In this document: one piece after another, positions 26,368 to 35,646 of the stretch
How positions within the stretch are numbered: position 1 is the first letter of the stretch
How the letters are laid out: every line of letters begins with the position of its first letter
The notes under the pieces: model-generated
Databases searched by the model: none
What the model saw: the letters and a program-made list of their open reading frames with translations, nothing else
Told to the model about the DNA's origin: nothing
DNA from: Candidatus Hermodarchaeum yapensis
GTDB lineage: Archaea; Asgardarchaeota; Hermodarchaeia; Hermodarchaeales; Hermodarchaeaceae
Reading direction: 5' to 3'
NCBI GenBank assembly: GCA_016840405.1
Contig: JAEOSK010000002.1
Location: 68,042 to 132,041 of the forward strand
Length of the DNA: 64,000 nucleotides
Translations under genes and position numbers: made by a program

Positions 26368-27063
26368 ATGACAAAGCAATTAACGATGCCTGTTTACAAG
26401 CCTTGGTTTAAAGGGCCTGTTACGTATACTGACTCAGACATGGTTCAGGTAATCTTCACACCTACCGCTGAGAGCTACAAACGCATTCTTCCGAAACCTC
26501 TAGCCCCTGGGCTATTGGGGGGTGCCTATATTGCTAACTTCAGAAATTCCCAATTTGGGGATTTGTGGGAAGCTGGAATCGTAGTACAGTGCACGTATAA
26601 AGAACATTTCGGGGTGTATTCAGTTATTCAAATAACTGACAATGAAGCTTCCTCGATTGCACACCGTGAAATCTGGGGATTCCCTTCGAAACTTGGGAAA
26701 ATAAAGTGTTCCCGAAAAGATGATCGATTCAAAGCGTCCGTTAAACGAGGGAAAGACACTCTAATGAAGCTTGATATCAAGCTTGAAGGTCCTGGAGAAT
26801 GGATTGACACTGGCTCAACAATTAATCTCAAACTCATACCAAGTGTCGATGGAGAAGGGTATGATGTTAATCAGCTCATTGCAGCAGATTTGCACACCAC
26901 AGTTCATGAGGGTCTTGCTGGTGAAGGAAAACTAGCACTTGGTAGCACTGAACAGGATCCATTAGCTGATCTGGTCCAACTCGAAAATGTGGTGGCGGGA
27001 ACATGGTTTAAGATTGATATGCATTTACCCTTTGGAAAAGTGATTGGCGAAGCTGAATTATAA
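26368..27063 (+). CDS. acetoacetate decarboxylase (ADC)-family protein
   Basis: Size (231 aa) and N-terminal PVYKPWFKGP... beta-rich pattern recalled for the ADC family. Not verified by search. Confidence 0.5.
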   Translation: MTKQLTMPVYKPWFKGPVTYTDSDMVQVIFTPTAESYKRILPKPLAPGLLGGAYIANFRNSQFGDLWEAGIVVQCTYKEHFGVYSVIQITDNEASSIAHREIWGFPSKLGKIKCSRKDDRFKASVKRGKDTLMKLDIKLEGPGEWIDTGSTINLKLIPSVDGEGYDVNQLIAADLHTTVHEGLAGEGKLALGSTEQDPLADLVQLENVVAGTWFKIDMHLPFGKVIGEAEL

Positions 27064-27133
27064 TCTTAACTGAAAAATTTGGCATAGTATTCGAAAAATT
27101 AGGGGAATATCTCAGATAAAATCTGTCGCGTGA

Positions 27134-28264
27134 TTATTTTGCTATGGCTTTGCCTTCCAGTAATTGTTTAATATGTGAAGCGAAAGGATCATCTTCGATT
27201 TTGAGTATAATTGCATCACTGTGGTTTACATGTAACTCCTTTTTATCACCTATTTTGATAGGTGTGTCAGGGTCAAGTTCCGCGTTGACAGAGTTGGTTC
27301 CACCAACATCAGCGTAGACGTGGTAGTAGCGTCCAGTGAAAACAACGCTTTCAATCGTGCTAGGTATTACGTTAAAGGGTTCTGTGGGTCTACGGACTTT
27401 GAAATCTTCAGGGCGTATAGCCACATAGACCTCTTCGCCTTTTCTTAAGGAGACGTCTTTGCTTGTTGTTCGTCCCTTAAGTTCTAAACCCCAAGGTGTC
27501 TCTATTACTGGCTTTCCACTATCGGTTTGTTTGATAGTTCCAGGGATGAAGGTACAGGATCCTATGAAGTCCGCAACAAAGAGATTATGAGGTTCTTCAT
27601 ATATTTCTCGAGGAGAATCTACCTGCATTATTTTGCCAAGTTGCATTACGGCTATTCGATCAGAGATGCTCAAAGCTTCTTCTTGGTCATGGGTTACGTA
27701 AATGGTTGTTATCCCGAATTCTTTTTGAATGCGTTTTATTTCGTGGCGCATTTCCAAACGGAGCTTTGCGTCCAAATTACTTAATGGCTCATCAAGCAGA
27801 AGTACTGTAGGTTCGATAACTAATGCTCGAGCCAATGCGACACGCTGTTGTTGACCACCACTTAATTGGAAAGGAGTTCGACCAGCTAAACCACCAAGTC
27901 TTACTAATTCAAGGATATCTTCAACCTTTTTTCTTATTGTCACTTTGGGAATTTTCCGGATTTTTAATCCGAATGCTACGTTATCGAATACTTTCATGTG
28001 TGGCCAAATGGCATAATTTTGAAACACCATACCCGTATTTCGGTTGTTTGGTGGCACACGGGTAATATTTGTTTCATCAAAAAAGATCTGTCCTTCTTCG
28101 GGAGTATAGAAACCTGCGATACATCGAAGAATGGTGGTTTTTCCACACCCTGAAGGTCCCAACAGGGTGAATAGTTCTCCATCTTCGACGTGAAGGTCAA
28201 TATCATCACAGGCTACGACTTCGCCAAACCGTTTGGTTAGTTCCTTTAAATCGATTGTTACCAT
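27134..28264 (-). CDS. ABC transporter ATP-binding protein (PotA/FbpC-like, with C-terminal TOBE-like domain)
   Basis: Walker A GPSGCGKTT, signature LSGGQQQRVALARAL, Walker B LLLDEP, H-loop. Confidence 0.9.
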   Translation of the reverse strand: MVTIDLKELTKRFGEVVACDDIDLHVEDGELFTLLGPSGCGKTTILRCIAGFYTPEEGQIFFDETNITRVPPNNRNTGMVFQNYAIWPHMKVFDNVAFGLKIRKIPKVTIRKKVEDILELVRLGGLAGRTPFQLSGGQQQRVALARALVIEPTVLLLDEPLSNLDAKLRLEMRHEIKRIQKEFGITTIYVTHDQEEALSISDRIAVMQLGKIMQVDSPREIYEEPHNLFVADFIGSCTFIPGTIKQTDSGKPVIETPWGLELKGRTTSKDVSLRKGEEVYVAIRPEDFKVRRPTEPFNVIPSTIESVVFTGRYYHVYADVGGTNSVNAELDPDTPIKIGDKKELHVNHSDAIILKIEDDPFASHIKQLLEGKAIAK

Positions 28265-28281
28265 TTATTGTTCACCTTTCT

Positions 28282-30207
28282 TTACAATCCCACCATTGAT
28301 TCTGTACGACTCTTCAATACTACATTGACAATAGTAATGATGATGATTTGGATTATCATCAGGAGAAGTCCTAACACGGCCGCATGATGCGATCCCGCAG
28401 CGACTTGGGACAAGATATCGGCCATCTTCCATGTGAGTGGCGCTTCCGCAGGTTGGACTCCGCCTAAAATTAGGCTAACGCTGACCTCCGACATGCAATA
28501 AACAAAGGACATCATCGCACCTGATAGCACAGAGACAGCGACCAGGGGAATCACTATTCCTGCAAATACTCGGGCACGACTAGCGCCAAGGTTTTCTGCC
28601 GCTTCTTCGTATTCAACATTCGTTTGTTGGAGACCTGCAAAGGTTGACCGCACGGTAAATGGGAATTTCCTGACAGCGAACGCCATTATCAGTAGCGGAA
28701 CAGCTGTTACTAATGGGTTCAGAATTGTGGTCGTGAAAATGGGTATCCGTACAAAGAAGAGGAAATAGCCCATAGCAATAACAATACCCGGTAATGCGAT
28801 AGGAATCGTTACGAGAAGATCTAGACTGCCAATTCCTGGCAGTTTCTTTCTTGCCACGATATATGCGGTCCCTGTGGCTAAAATTACAATGAAGAGAACA
28901 GCTACGCCACTATAGAAGAGGCTGTTAAAGATCGATTGGAGGACGAGGGGGTCCGTAAAAACTTGAAAGAAGTTGGCGACAGTGGGAAAGTTAAGTGGAA
29001 GAATTGTTATCCCCCATTCCGTGGAGAAGGCTAGAAATATGATACCTAGTGGTGTGAGTAATGCCAAGAAGAGAACTACGCCAATAAATCCGTAAATTGC
29101 AATATATTGCCACCATTTCGGTTTGTGTAATCGTGGATTCCATGTGCCCCCTTTACTCATCATAGCATAATGTCTAAGAGACATGTACCTTCGGATAAAC
29201 AGGAATCCAATAATCGCAATAAGCAATAAGATAACACTTAGAGCCGGAGCAATCGGATTTATGGATCCTGTAGGCGCGAAGATAAGCGAATACACTTGAT
29301 AAGTGATTGTCCGTCGAACTACTGCGTCGGATTCATACACAATGAGAGTCCCAAGATCTTCGACACTGAGAATGAAAGTGAGAATGGCTCCCGCTTCTAT
29401 TCCAGGCAAAGCAAGGGGAAGTGTAACCTTTCTGAAAAGTCCAAATCCTTTTGCACCCATATTCTCTCCCTGTTCTTCGAGTGAAGGGTCAATGGCAAGA
29501 AAGGCCGCATAAGTGGAAAGGTACACTAACGAAAAGAAGTGAAGAGATTGAACAAGAATCACTGCAGCTAATCCTTCAAAGATCACTCGGTAGGGCATAA
29601 TTCTCAAAATGTCGTGGAAGAGCAAATTCAACATGCCGAATTCTCCGAATATCTTTTGGATGGCAATAGCGCTCACAAAGGGTGTGGAAAGAATGGGTAT
29701 GAGGATCAGAATTCGGAGAATGGACTTCCCGTGAAAGTCATAGCGAGCCATGAAAAAGGCTAGTGTTACGCCGATCAGGGTGGAGATGAGGGTTGTTGCG
29801 AGACCTACATATATTGAATTAATGATGGCACCACAATTAACACCACGAATATAGAGATAGTCACCAGTAATTTCGATAGGTGGTTGGGGGGAACATCCAT
29901 TGACTGGCCAAAACCGGGCGTCACTAAAAATGAGACGGAACCATAGGAAATCAAAGACACCATTAACACTGAATGCTGTTCCAATTACTGCAAACAAAGG
30001 TATAACCATGAAGAATAAGAATACAAGTACTACGGCGATTAGTTGGACAGATGAAAAAACACCCATTTCCTGTCGGTACCGATGGGCAAGCTCCTTATAG
30101 TAGTCAAAGTGGAAAAGTTTTCGTCCAGAAAGAATCCAATCCTTCGTGCGATTAAACAATCCAGAAGCTCTTTGTTTCAGCCCTTCAACCGAGAAGATAC
30201 TAGCCAT
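28282..30207 (-). CDS. ABC transporter permease, fused double permease domain (FbpB/ThiP-like)
   Basis: 641 aa, about 12 TM. Two EAA-like loops (EEQGENMGAKGF..., EEAAENLGASRARVF). Confidence 0.85.
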   Translation of the reverse strand: MASIFSVEGLKQRASGLFNRTKDWILSGRKLFHFDYYKELAHRYRQEMGVFSSVQLIAVVLVFLFFMVIPLFAVIGTAFSVNGVFDFLWFRLIFSDARFWPVNGCSPQPPIEITGDYLYIRGVNCGAIINSIYVGLATTLISTLIGVTLAFFMARYDFHGKSILRILILIPILSTPFVSAIAIQKIFGEFGMLNLLFHDILRIMPYRVIFEGLAAVILVQSLHFFSLVYLSTYAAFLAIDPSLEEQGENMGAKGFGLFRKVTLPLALPGIEAGAILTFILSVEDLGTLIVYESDAVVRRTITYQVYSLIFAPTGSINPIAPALSVILLLIAIIGFLFIRRYMSLRHYAMMSKGGTWNPRLHKPKWWQYIAIYGFIGVVLFLALLTPLGIIFLAFSTEWGITILPLNFPTVANFFQVFTDPLVLQSIFNSLFYSGVAVLFIVILATGTAYIVARKKLPGIGSLDLLVTIPIALPGIVIAMGYFLFFVRIPIFTTTILNPLVTAVPLLIMAFAVRKFPFTVRSTFAGLQQTNVEYEEAAENLGASRARVFAGIVIPLVAVSVLSGAMMSFVYCMSEVSVSLILGGVQPAEAPLTWKMADILSQVAAGSHHAAVLGLLLMIIQIIIITIVNVVLKSRTESMVGL

Positions 30208-30354
30208 TAGTAAACCTTCTTTGAACTTTTTTAGTCGTTAGGATGAGAGTTATGGTTGTGACCATGAATAGATTATACGAATTATAAAAAGATAATATTG
30301 TACGCACACTTATCCAGAATTAAATAGAGATACATTTGTAATATCAGCTTAGTC

Positions 30355-30397
30355 TTTAAATAAATAAAGAGGGGGCGTGAGGTAAACACTACCTCAC
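30355..30397 (-). terminator. intercistronic hairpin + T-tract after the substrate-binding-protein gene
   Basis: On the minus strand, GTGAGGTA-gtgtt-TACCTCAC (30377-30397) is followed by GCCCCCTCTTTATTTATTT. Confidence 0.35.
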
Positions 30398-30414
30398 ATT
30401 TGATGCACGTCCGG

Positions 30415-31845
30415 TTATGGAATAAGCGCTTCAACGGCTGCATATTGAGCAATAGCCGCAGTTGTCCAGAGACTTTTAATTGATTCTCGGAACACGTCAT
30501 CAGCTCGTATGAGGTCGTTGATTGATTGCGCGTAGGCTTCATCGAATTTCTCTGGTGTCGCTGTGTATGGGTCAGTCACCGTCATTGTCTCGGCTAATTG
30601 AGCCGCCCACGTGTCAAACTGAGCTTGTCTGCCCACGGGGTCCACAAGATACCAGTTGATTAGCTTCCCCCATACACTCCGTAATTCGGTGTGGGCACTA
30701 GAGAGCACGGATTCGAAGTAGTGGACGAAAGCCCATTCATACGATAAAACAAGGTCGTCATCGAAGGGGATGCCAATATTGGCAATTGTTGAATTGTAGA
30801 AGTTATAGAGGTCGTCTCGGGTTTCACCGATGGTTGTTTCAAATGCTTCTTCCAAGACTGGCATTCGATTAATTGTTGTTCGCAACCATTGACTTTGTCC
30901 TTCTGGAGATAGGACGAAATCAACAAAGGCTTCAGCTGCTGCCCGATGCTGACATGTAGTTGGAATGGCAATCGGATCACCGTTTACTATCGATCCGTTC
31001 TGAGGGACGACATATTGGCAGAAACTGTATTTGTACATAGATGTGTATCCATAGAAGTCAATGGTCATTCCGACGGCTACTTCACCTGTTTCTACTGCTG
31101 TTTGTGTTTGGACAGATCCACCATAGATTCTGGCGTTCCCTGCCATCCAAGTAAGTGTATCCCATCCGAGATCCCATCCAAATTTTTGGATGATGATTTC
31201 ATAGATTCGAGTATTACTGGTTGTTCCAGGCGCATTCCCCATTGCAACTGTGGCAGTAGGATGATAATACTCGGGGCTGGTAAGGTTTTCCCAGGTTGAA
31301 GGCCAAGGCAGTGATTTCGCTGCCCACGTTTCGTTATTAACGGTAAATCCGAACGAACTAATCGCGGCCGCAACCCAGAGATTATCACCATCAGTATCAT
31401 TCCGCTTCATAACTGCACCGGCGATTTCATCAGGAACTCGATCAATGACATCTTCCATGTATGTACCATTCATTTTCGAAAGCAATCCTGCTGCAATAAG
31501 CTCATCGAAAAGGGTGGGTCCTCCACCCCATGCCACGTCAGGCATTCCAGCAGGATTCAAGATAACGTCTATCCATTGTGGCGCTAGAGGTGACACAAAA
31601 TCTATCCCTGTAACATTGGTATCCGCTGCTAAGTCAGAGGCAAGGAAAGCATCTCGAAAGATGTTCCAGATGGCTGTGTCATGACGTGTAATGATTTTGA
31701 GTGTAATTCCCTGTTCTGGTGGGGGACCTGGAGGATGAGTCATGATCCACCATCCAGCAACACCAGCACTTGCACCCACAATTATGACAATTGCGATGAT
31801 TGCATAGAGTTTCGTGCGAGAAGAAGTTTCGGCTACATTCGACAT
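30415..31845 (-). CDS. ABC transporter extracellular solute-binding protein, N-terminally membrane-anchored
   Basis: N-terminal TM (LYAIIAIVIIVGASAGVAGWWI), about 450-aa periplasmic-binding-protein-sized domain, operon with permease and ATPase. Start at MSNVAETS. Confidence 0.7.
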   Translation of the reverse strand: MSNVAETSSRTKLYAIIAIVIIVGASAGVAGWWIMTHPPGPPPEQGITLKIITRHDTAIWNIFRDAFLASDLAADTNVTGIDFVSPLAPQWIDVILNPAGMPDVAWGGGPTLFDELIAAGLLSKMNGTYMEDVIDRVPDEIAGAVMKRNDTDGDNLWVAAAISSFGFTVNNETWAAKSLPWPSTWENLTSPEYYHPTATVAMGNAPGTTSNTRIYEIIIQKFGWDLGWDTLTWMAGNARIYGGSVQTQTAVETGEVAVGMTIDFYGYTSMYKYSFCQYVVPQNGSIVNGDPIAIPTTCQHRAAAEAFVDFVLSPEGQSQWLRTTINRMPVLEEAFETTIGETRDDLYNFYNSTIANIGIPFDDDLVLSYEWAFVHYFESVLSSAHTELRSVWGKLINWYLVDPVGRQAQFDTWAAQLAETMTVTDPYTATPEKFDEAYAQSINDLIRADDVFRESIKSLWTTAAIAQYAAVEALIP

Positions 31846-32034
31846 TATAATGTAACACTCCAAGAGGAAACTGCTATGTGATTGGCAACAAGGTGTTCTT
31901 ATATCTTTTATTATCACGGAAAATTAGTGTGAATAAGATAGATTTTGATTTGCATATTAGAGTAAAGGCTTTATAGAACCTAGGTCGCCTGATTAAACGA
32001 ATCGGAGATAATAATGTCTCTGAGGTAAATCAAA

Positions 32035-33099
32035 ATGCCAAAAAATAAGAAAGCTATACTATTACTATCGGTACTAGTTCTTACTTTGACCCTTGGCTTC
32101 TTGGCACCGAACCGTTCAGCCCGTGCTCAGGATCTTTTTGCTGGGAAGATCTTTGCATTCTACAACGTCAATGGAGCTGATCAAGCTAATTCTCCAGAAA
32201 CAGTTTCTGAATTCACTGCTTGGTGGAGAAGTGAGGGTGGAGGTGCTGAGAACATTACCGACTTGACTGCTGAAACATTAGAAGGTGTTAACTTTCTAGT
32301 TCTCAACTGTCCTGATGCTGACCAAGATGAAACCCATCCAATTTCAGAATTCACAACAGCGCAAGCTGAAGCTGTGAGAGATTGGTTCCTTAACACCACG
32401 ACAGGTCACCATTTCCTCTGGTCAAGTTCTGACTCATCATTTACATACGCTGGTTACGCTGATGCTTATCGATCCAATAATGCTTCGATGATTCTTGAGG
32501 TTCTCGGTTCGCAATTACGGTATGAACCAACATCCGTTGAAGATCCTGACTATAATACCGGTGATAGGCCATATCGTCCAATACTTAACACAACATCTAC
32601 TGATCCTATGGTAGCAAGTATTGTGGCAAACGTTACTGACGTCTTGGCTCACAGCCCAACACTCCTCTATGGGATGCAAGATTCTACTCCCGTTGCTCTC
32701 GAAGATACAACTTTGCCCAATGTGTACCCCATTCTAATGACAGGTGCAGCCGGTATCATTAACGATCCGACACCGTTAGATGTAATGTACGCCCACACCA
32801 ATGGTGAAGAAGGCAACTTTGTTATGGTTGCTGCTGAACTGGGTATCGGTGGTACAACACACCGATTGATTGCTTCTGGTGCAGCTCCTATTGGCGGCTA
32901 CAATGCAATGTGGTTCGACGAATCCAAAGGCACCGAACTTACTGGCTCTCTCTTCATAAAACAAGCAGTCATGTGGGGCATGGAAGAACCAGCAGGACCG
33001 CCACCGCTTCCGATGGATCTCATCCTCATTGGTGGAGTCGCAGTGGTAGTCATCGTTGTAGTAATTGGTCTCGCCTACTTCCTGCTACGAAGACGGTAG
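32035..33099 (+). CDS. secreted hypothetical protein with C-terminal TM anchor
   Basis: Signal peptide, many N-x-S/T sequons, C-terminal LILIGGVAVVVIVVVIGLAYFLLRRR. Confidence 0.5.
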   Translation: MPKNKKAILLLSVLVLTLTLGFLAPNRSARAQDLFAGKIFAFYNVNGADQANSPETVSEFTAWWRSEGGGAENITDLTAETLEGVNFLVLNCPDADQDETHPISEFTTAQAEAVRDWFLNTTTGHHFLWSSSDSSFTYAGYADAYRSNNASMILEVLGSQLRYEPTSVEDPDYNTGDRPYRPILNTTSTDPMVASIVANVTDVLAHSPTLLYGMQDSTPVALEDTTLPNVYPILMTGAAGIINDPTPLDVMYAHTNGEEGNFVMVAAELGIGGTTHRLIASGAAPIGGYNAMWFDESKGTELTGSLFIKQAVMWGMEEPAGPPPLPMDLILIGGVAVVVIVVVIGLAYFLLRRR

Positions 33100-33286
33100 G
33101 ATTTATCCTACCCTCCTCTCATTTTTTTGCACTCACTCATCCATCTTTCTCCTTTTTTCAATCGTTTTCATTCGCTGTACCGATGAAAGAAAATGGCTAC
33201 TTCTGTGTCTCTGACAGGATTTTTTTTGCACGTGAAGTTCAGCTCTTTTTAGGTGTATGTGACGGTTAGCCTTTGGTGACTAATCC

Positions 33287-33604
33287 TTGGGACGCACGGT
33301 ACCTACCTATCGGTTGCAATTGGAAAAGGAGCGCCGCCGCTGGGGTCTTTTTCGCACAGCTCTTCGGGCGGACGAACAACCTGCCTTTGATAATCTCTTC
33401 ATCTATGCTCGGACCTATGCAGATGCTGCCAGCGCGGTGGCCCGCCCCTGTCCTTCTGAGGCGATTTTCATGTCCATGATTCTGGGGCTCTATCAGGAGG
33501 TGCAACGCCTCCGGCTCGCGCTTGCGGCGGCTGCACGCAACGCCCGTCCTTTTGAGGATCAGAATTATCATGAGTATGTGCGGCGCGTACAAGCCGAAAT
33601 ATGA
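33287..33604 (+). CDS. hypothetical protein in a GC-rich islet (TTG start)
   Basis: 105-aa helical protein (PTYRLQLEKERRRWGLFRTALRADEQPAFDNLF...). The strand choice over the antisense ORF 33266-33607 is tentative. Confidence 0.4.
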   Translation: MGRTVPTYRLQLEKERRRWGLFRTALRADEQPAFDNLFIYARTYADAASAVARPCPSEAIFMSMILGLYQEVQRLRLALAAAARNARPFEDQNYHEYVRRVQAEI

Positions 33605-33691
33605 CACTGTATTTGTTCATTCGGAAGCATTGCCTGTATCGTGTCAGTTTTTAAACAGAACCTGTGAGGGTGATGGCTGACAGGAGGCACA

Positions 33692-34897
33692 GTGCTAGTG
33701 ACTAAACGGTGGGTTCTGATCCTTTTTTCCTTGCTCTTAGTAGCTCCAGTCAGTTTCTTGAGGAAATCGCCGCTGAGCTCATCAACCGTACCAGAGCCAG
33801 ACTACTGGCCCACCGATGATTGGCTAGTTTCCACACCTGAAGAACAGGGTATGCGATCAGAGTTGTTGACGCAATTGATGGACACAATTCATGAACTAGA
33901 CTTGAATGTCCAATCATTTCTCCTGATTCGCCATGGTTATATCGTCTTCGAAGAGTATCCTGATCCATGGTATCACGAAGATCGAACCCATTTCTTGGCT
34001 TCAGTCACCAAGAGCTTCATGGCTGGGTTGATAGGCATTGCGTTGGATAAAGGATACATTGGTAGCCTTTCAGATCGTGTGATCGACTATTTCTCTGACC
34101 GGACCATTGCGAATGTTGATACTTTGAAAGAAATGATGACGATTCGTGACCTCCTGACAATGAAGACAGGTATGCTCTGGGACGAAGGCAGTTATTCCTA
34201 TTGGGATTCACGAAATTCGTTTGTTCAGATGGAAAACAGCGATGATTGGGTACAGTTTGTCCTCGACCGTCCTATGGCTAGGTTTCCGAACCAGAAATGG
34301 TACTACAACACCGGGGCTTCACATCTGCTTTCAGCGTTGATTAATCAGACAACCGGAAATTCAACCCTCTCTTTTGCCCGAGAACATCTTTTCACACCAC
34401 TGGGTATTGGTCAATCGACTTGGCAAACCGATCCTCAAGGTATCAATCCCGGTGGGTTTGGGTTAGACCTTACTCCACGGGATACCGCGAAATATGCCTT
34501 TTTACATTTACACCAAGGAATGTGGGATGGCGAACAAATCATTTCGTCCGGCTGGATAGCTGAGTCAACGCAAACCCATACCATGCTAGTCTACGGGAAT
34601 GGATATGGCTATCACTGGATTACATACCCGCTCTTCAATGCCTATGCTGCCTTTGGAGCTGGAGGACAAGGTATCTTTGTCTTCCCAGATTATGACCTCA
34701 TTGCAATTGTGAATTCTGAAGAGGCTGTGGGTATTCCGTTTACTGAGCTCATTCTGAATTTTGTGCTTCCTTCATTCACTGATGTACCATCTGCTGCGAT
34801 TATCCCTTGGAAGATTGGTTTTGTGGTATTGTTGATTATGGGTGTGTCGATTCCTTTTATCTATGTTTACGGTTTCAAGAGAAGGCGGGGTATTTGA
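33692..34897 (+). CDS. serine hydrolase, beta-lactamase/transpeptidase-like (class-C type), C-terminally anchored
   Basis: S-x-x-K motif SVTKSF, Y-x-N (YYNTG), signal peptide, C-terminal TM + KRRRG. Confidence 0.8.
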   Translation: MLVTKRWVLILFSLLLVAPVSFLRKSPLSSSTVPEPDYWPTDDWLVSTPEEQGMRSELLTQLMDTIHELDLNVQSFLLIRHGYIVFEEYPDPWYHEDRTHFLASVTKSFMAGLIGIALDKGYIGSLSDRVIDYFSDRTIANVDTLKEMMTIRDLLTMKTGMLWDEGSYSYWDSRNSFVQMENSDDWVQFVLDRPMARFPNQKWYYNTGASHLLSALINQTTGNSTLSFAREHLFTPLGIGQSTWQTDPQGINPGGFGLDLTPRDTAKYAFLHLHQGMWDGEQIISSGWIAESTQTHTMLVYGNGYGYHWITYPLFNAYAAFGAGGQGIFVFPDYDLIAIVNSEEAVGIPFTELILNFVLPSFTDVPSAAIIPWKIGFVVLLIMGVSIPFIYVYGFKRRRGI

Positions 34898-34997
34898 AGA
34901 CTTTGAGGCAATCGATTTAAGAGGTTTGTTTTCACAAGTCATCTTGGACTCTCTTAACTTGATTTAAGAGAATTAATTGAAGGAAGCTGTGGCTCGA

Positions 34998-35624
34998 ATG
35001 ATTCATGATATTTTGATTATTCATCGTCAGACTGAGGTCCCACTGTTTCATCTTATTCCTGCTGGTAAAAGTAAGCTCACGGAGATGAGTATGGACGCCC
35101 CTGTATTTTCCAAACTTGCTGTGACGATTGTCAGTGTGCTCAGGAATGCTGGTGCTTTAGAACGACTCCGGCTATTACAAGTGAAAATGGCGTTCAATGT
35201 GTTTGAAAACCTCATCTTTGCTATCTTAAGCTCCAATGATCATGATGAATTCGAACTCAACCATGCCCTCAACCGGTTTAGTTCGATGTTCCTTCAATCC
35301 TTTACACCTGAGGTTATCGACAAGTATAAGAACCAGCCATTGAGCTTCAGTGGATTCAATGTCAGCAATCTCTTCCGGTCTGATCGCGTTGTCATCAGTG
35401 ATACAGACACGCTTATGAAAAGCATGATTCAACGGTTAGCTGACATGATTGCTGTGGCTGGACGTCTGCAAATAGAAGCGGGGATGCTCGCGGAAAAGCG
35501 AAGTCTAGATGCCACTGTGATTATGAGCATCCAAGCTATGCATCAGGAACTTTTGAATAAGCTTGGTGAGCTAAAACAACGGATGGACCAGTTCCCCGTT
35601 CTTTCTGGAACAGGCTTTTCTTAA
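34998..35624 (+). CDS. longin/SNARE-like-superfamily domain protein with helical C-terminal extension
   Basis: MIHDILIIHRQTEVPLFHL... and VKMAFNVFENLIFAILSSNDHDEFELNHALNRFSSMFLQSF parallel the AP-sigma/longin pattern MIxxILIxNRxGxxRL...FKIIYRRYAGLYFCICVDxxDNxLAYLEAIHxFVEVLNEYF (from memory). Confidence 0.45.
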   Translation: MIHDILIIHRQTEVPLFHLIPAGKSKLTEMSMDAPVFSKLAVTIVSVLRNAGALERLRLLQVKMAFNVFENLIFAILSSNDHDEFELNHALNRFSSMFLQSFTPEVIDKYKNQPLSFSGFNVSNLFRSDRVVISDTDTLMKSMIQRLADMIAVAGRLQIEAGMLAEKRSLDATVIMSIQAMHQELLNKLGELKQRMDQFPVLSGTGFS

Positions 35625-35646
35625 ACGCTGAAGGCTACTAGCCATT

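Noticed and set aside
30282-30542. 86-aa minus-strand ORF spanning the SBP gene's 3' end and the intergenic region.
   Set aside because: It overlaps the substrate-binding-protein gene in another frame and the hairpin/promoter region. Its composition is AT-driven.
33266-33607. 113-aa minus-strand ORF covering the GC-rich islet.
   Set aside because: Its product is Arg/Gly/Pro/Cys-heavy with no helical periodicity, typical of an antisense frame in GC-rich DNA. The + strand product looks protein-like. The strand choice remains tentative.
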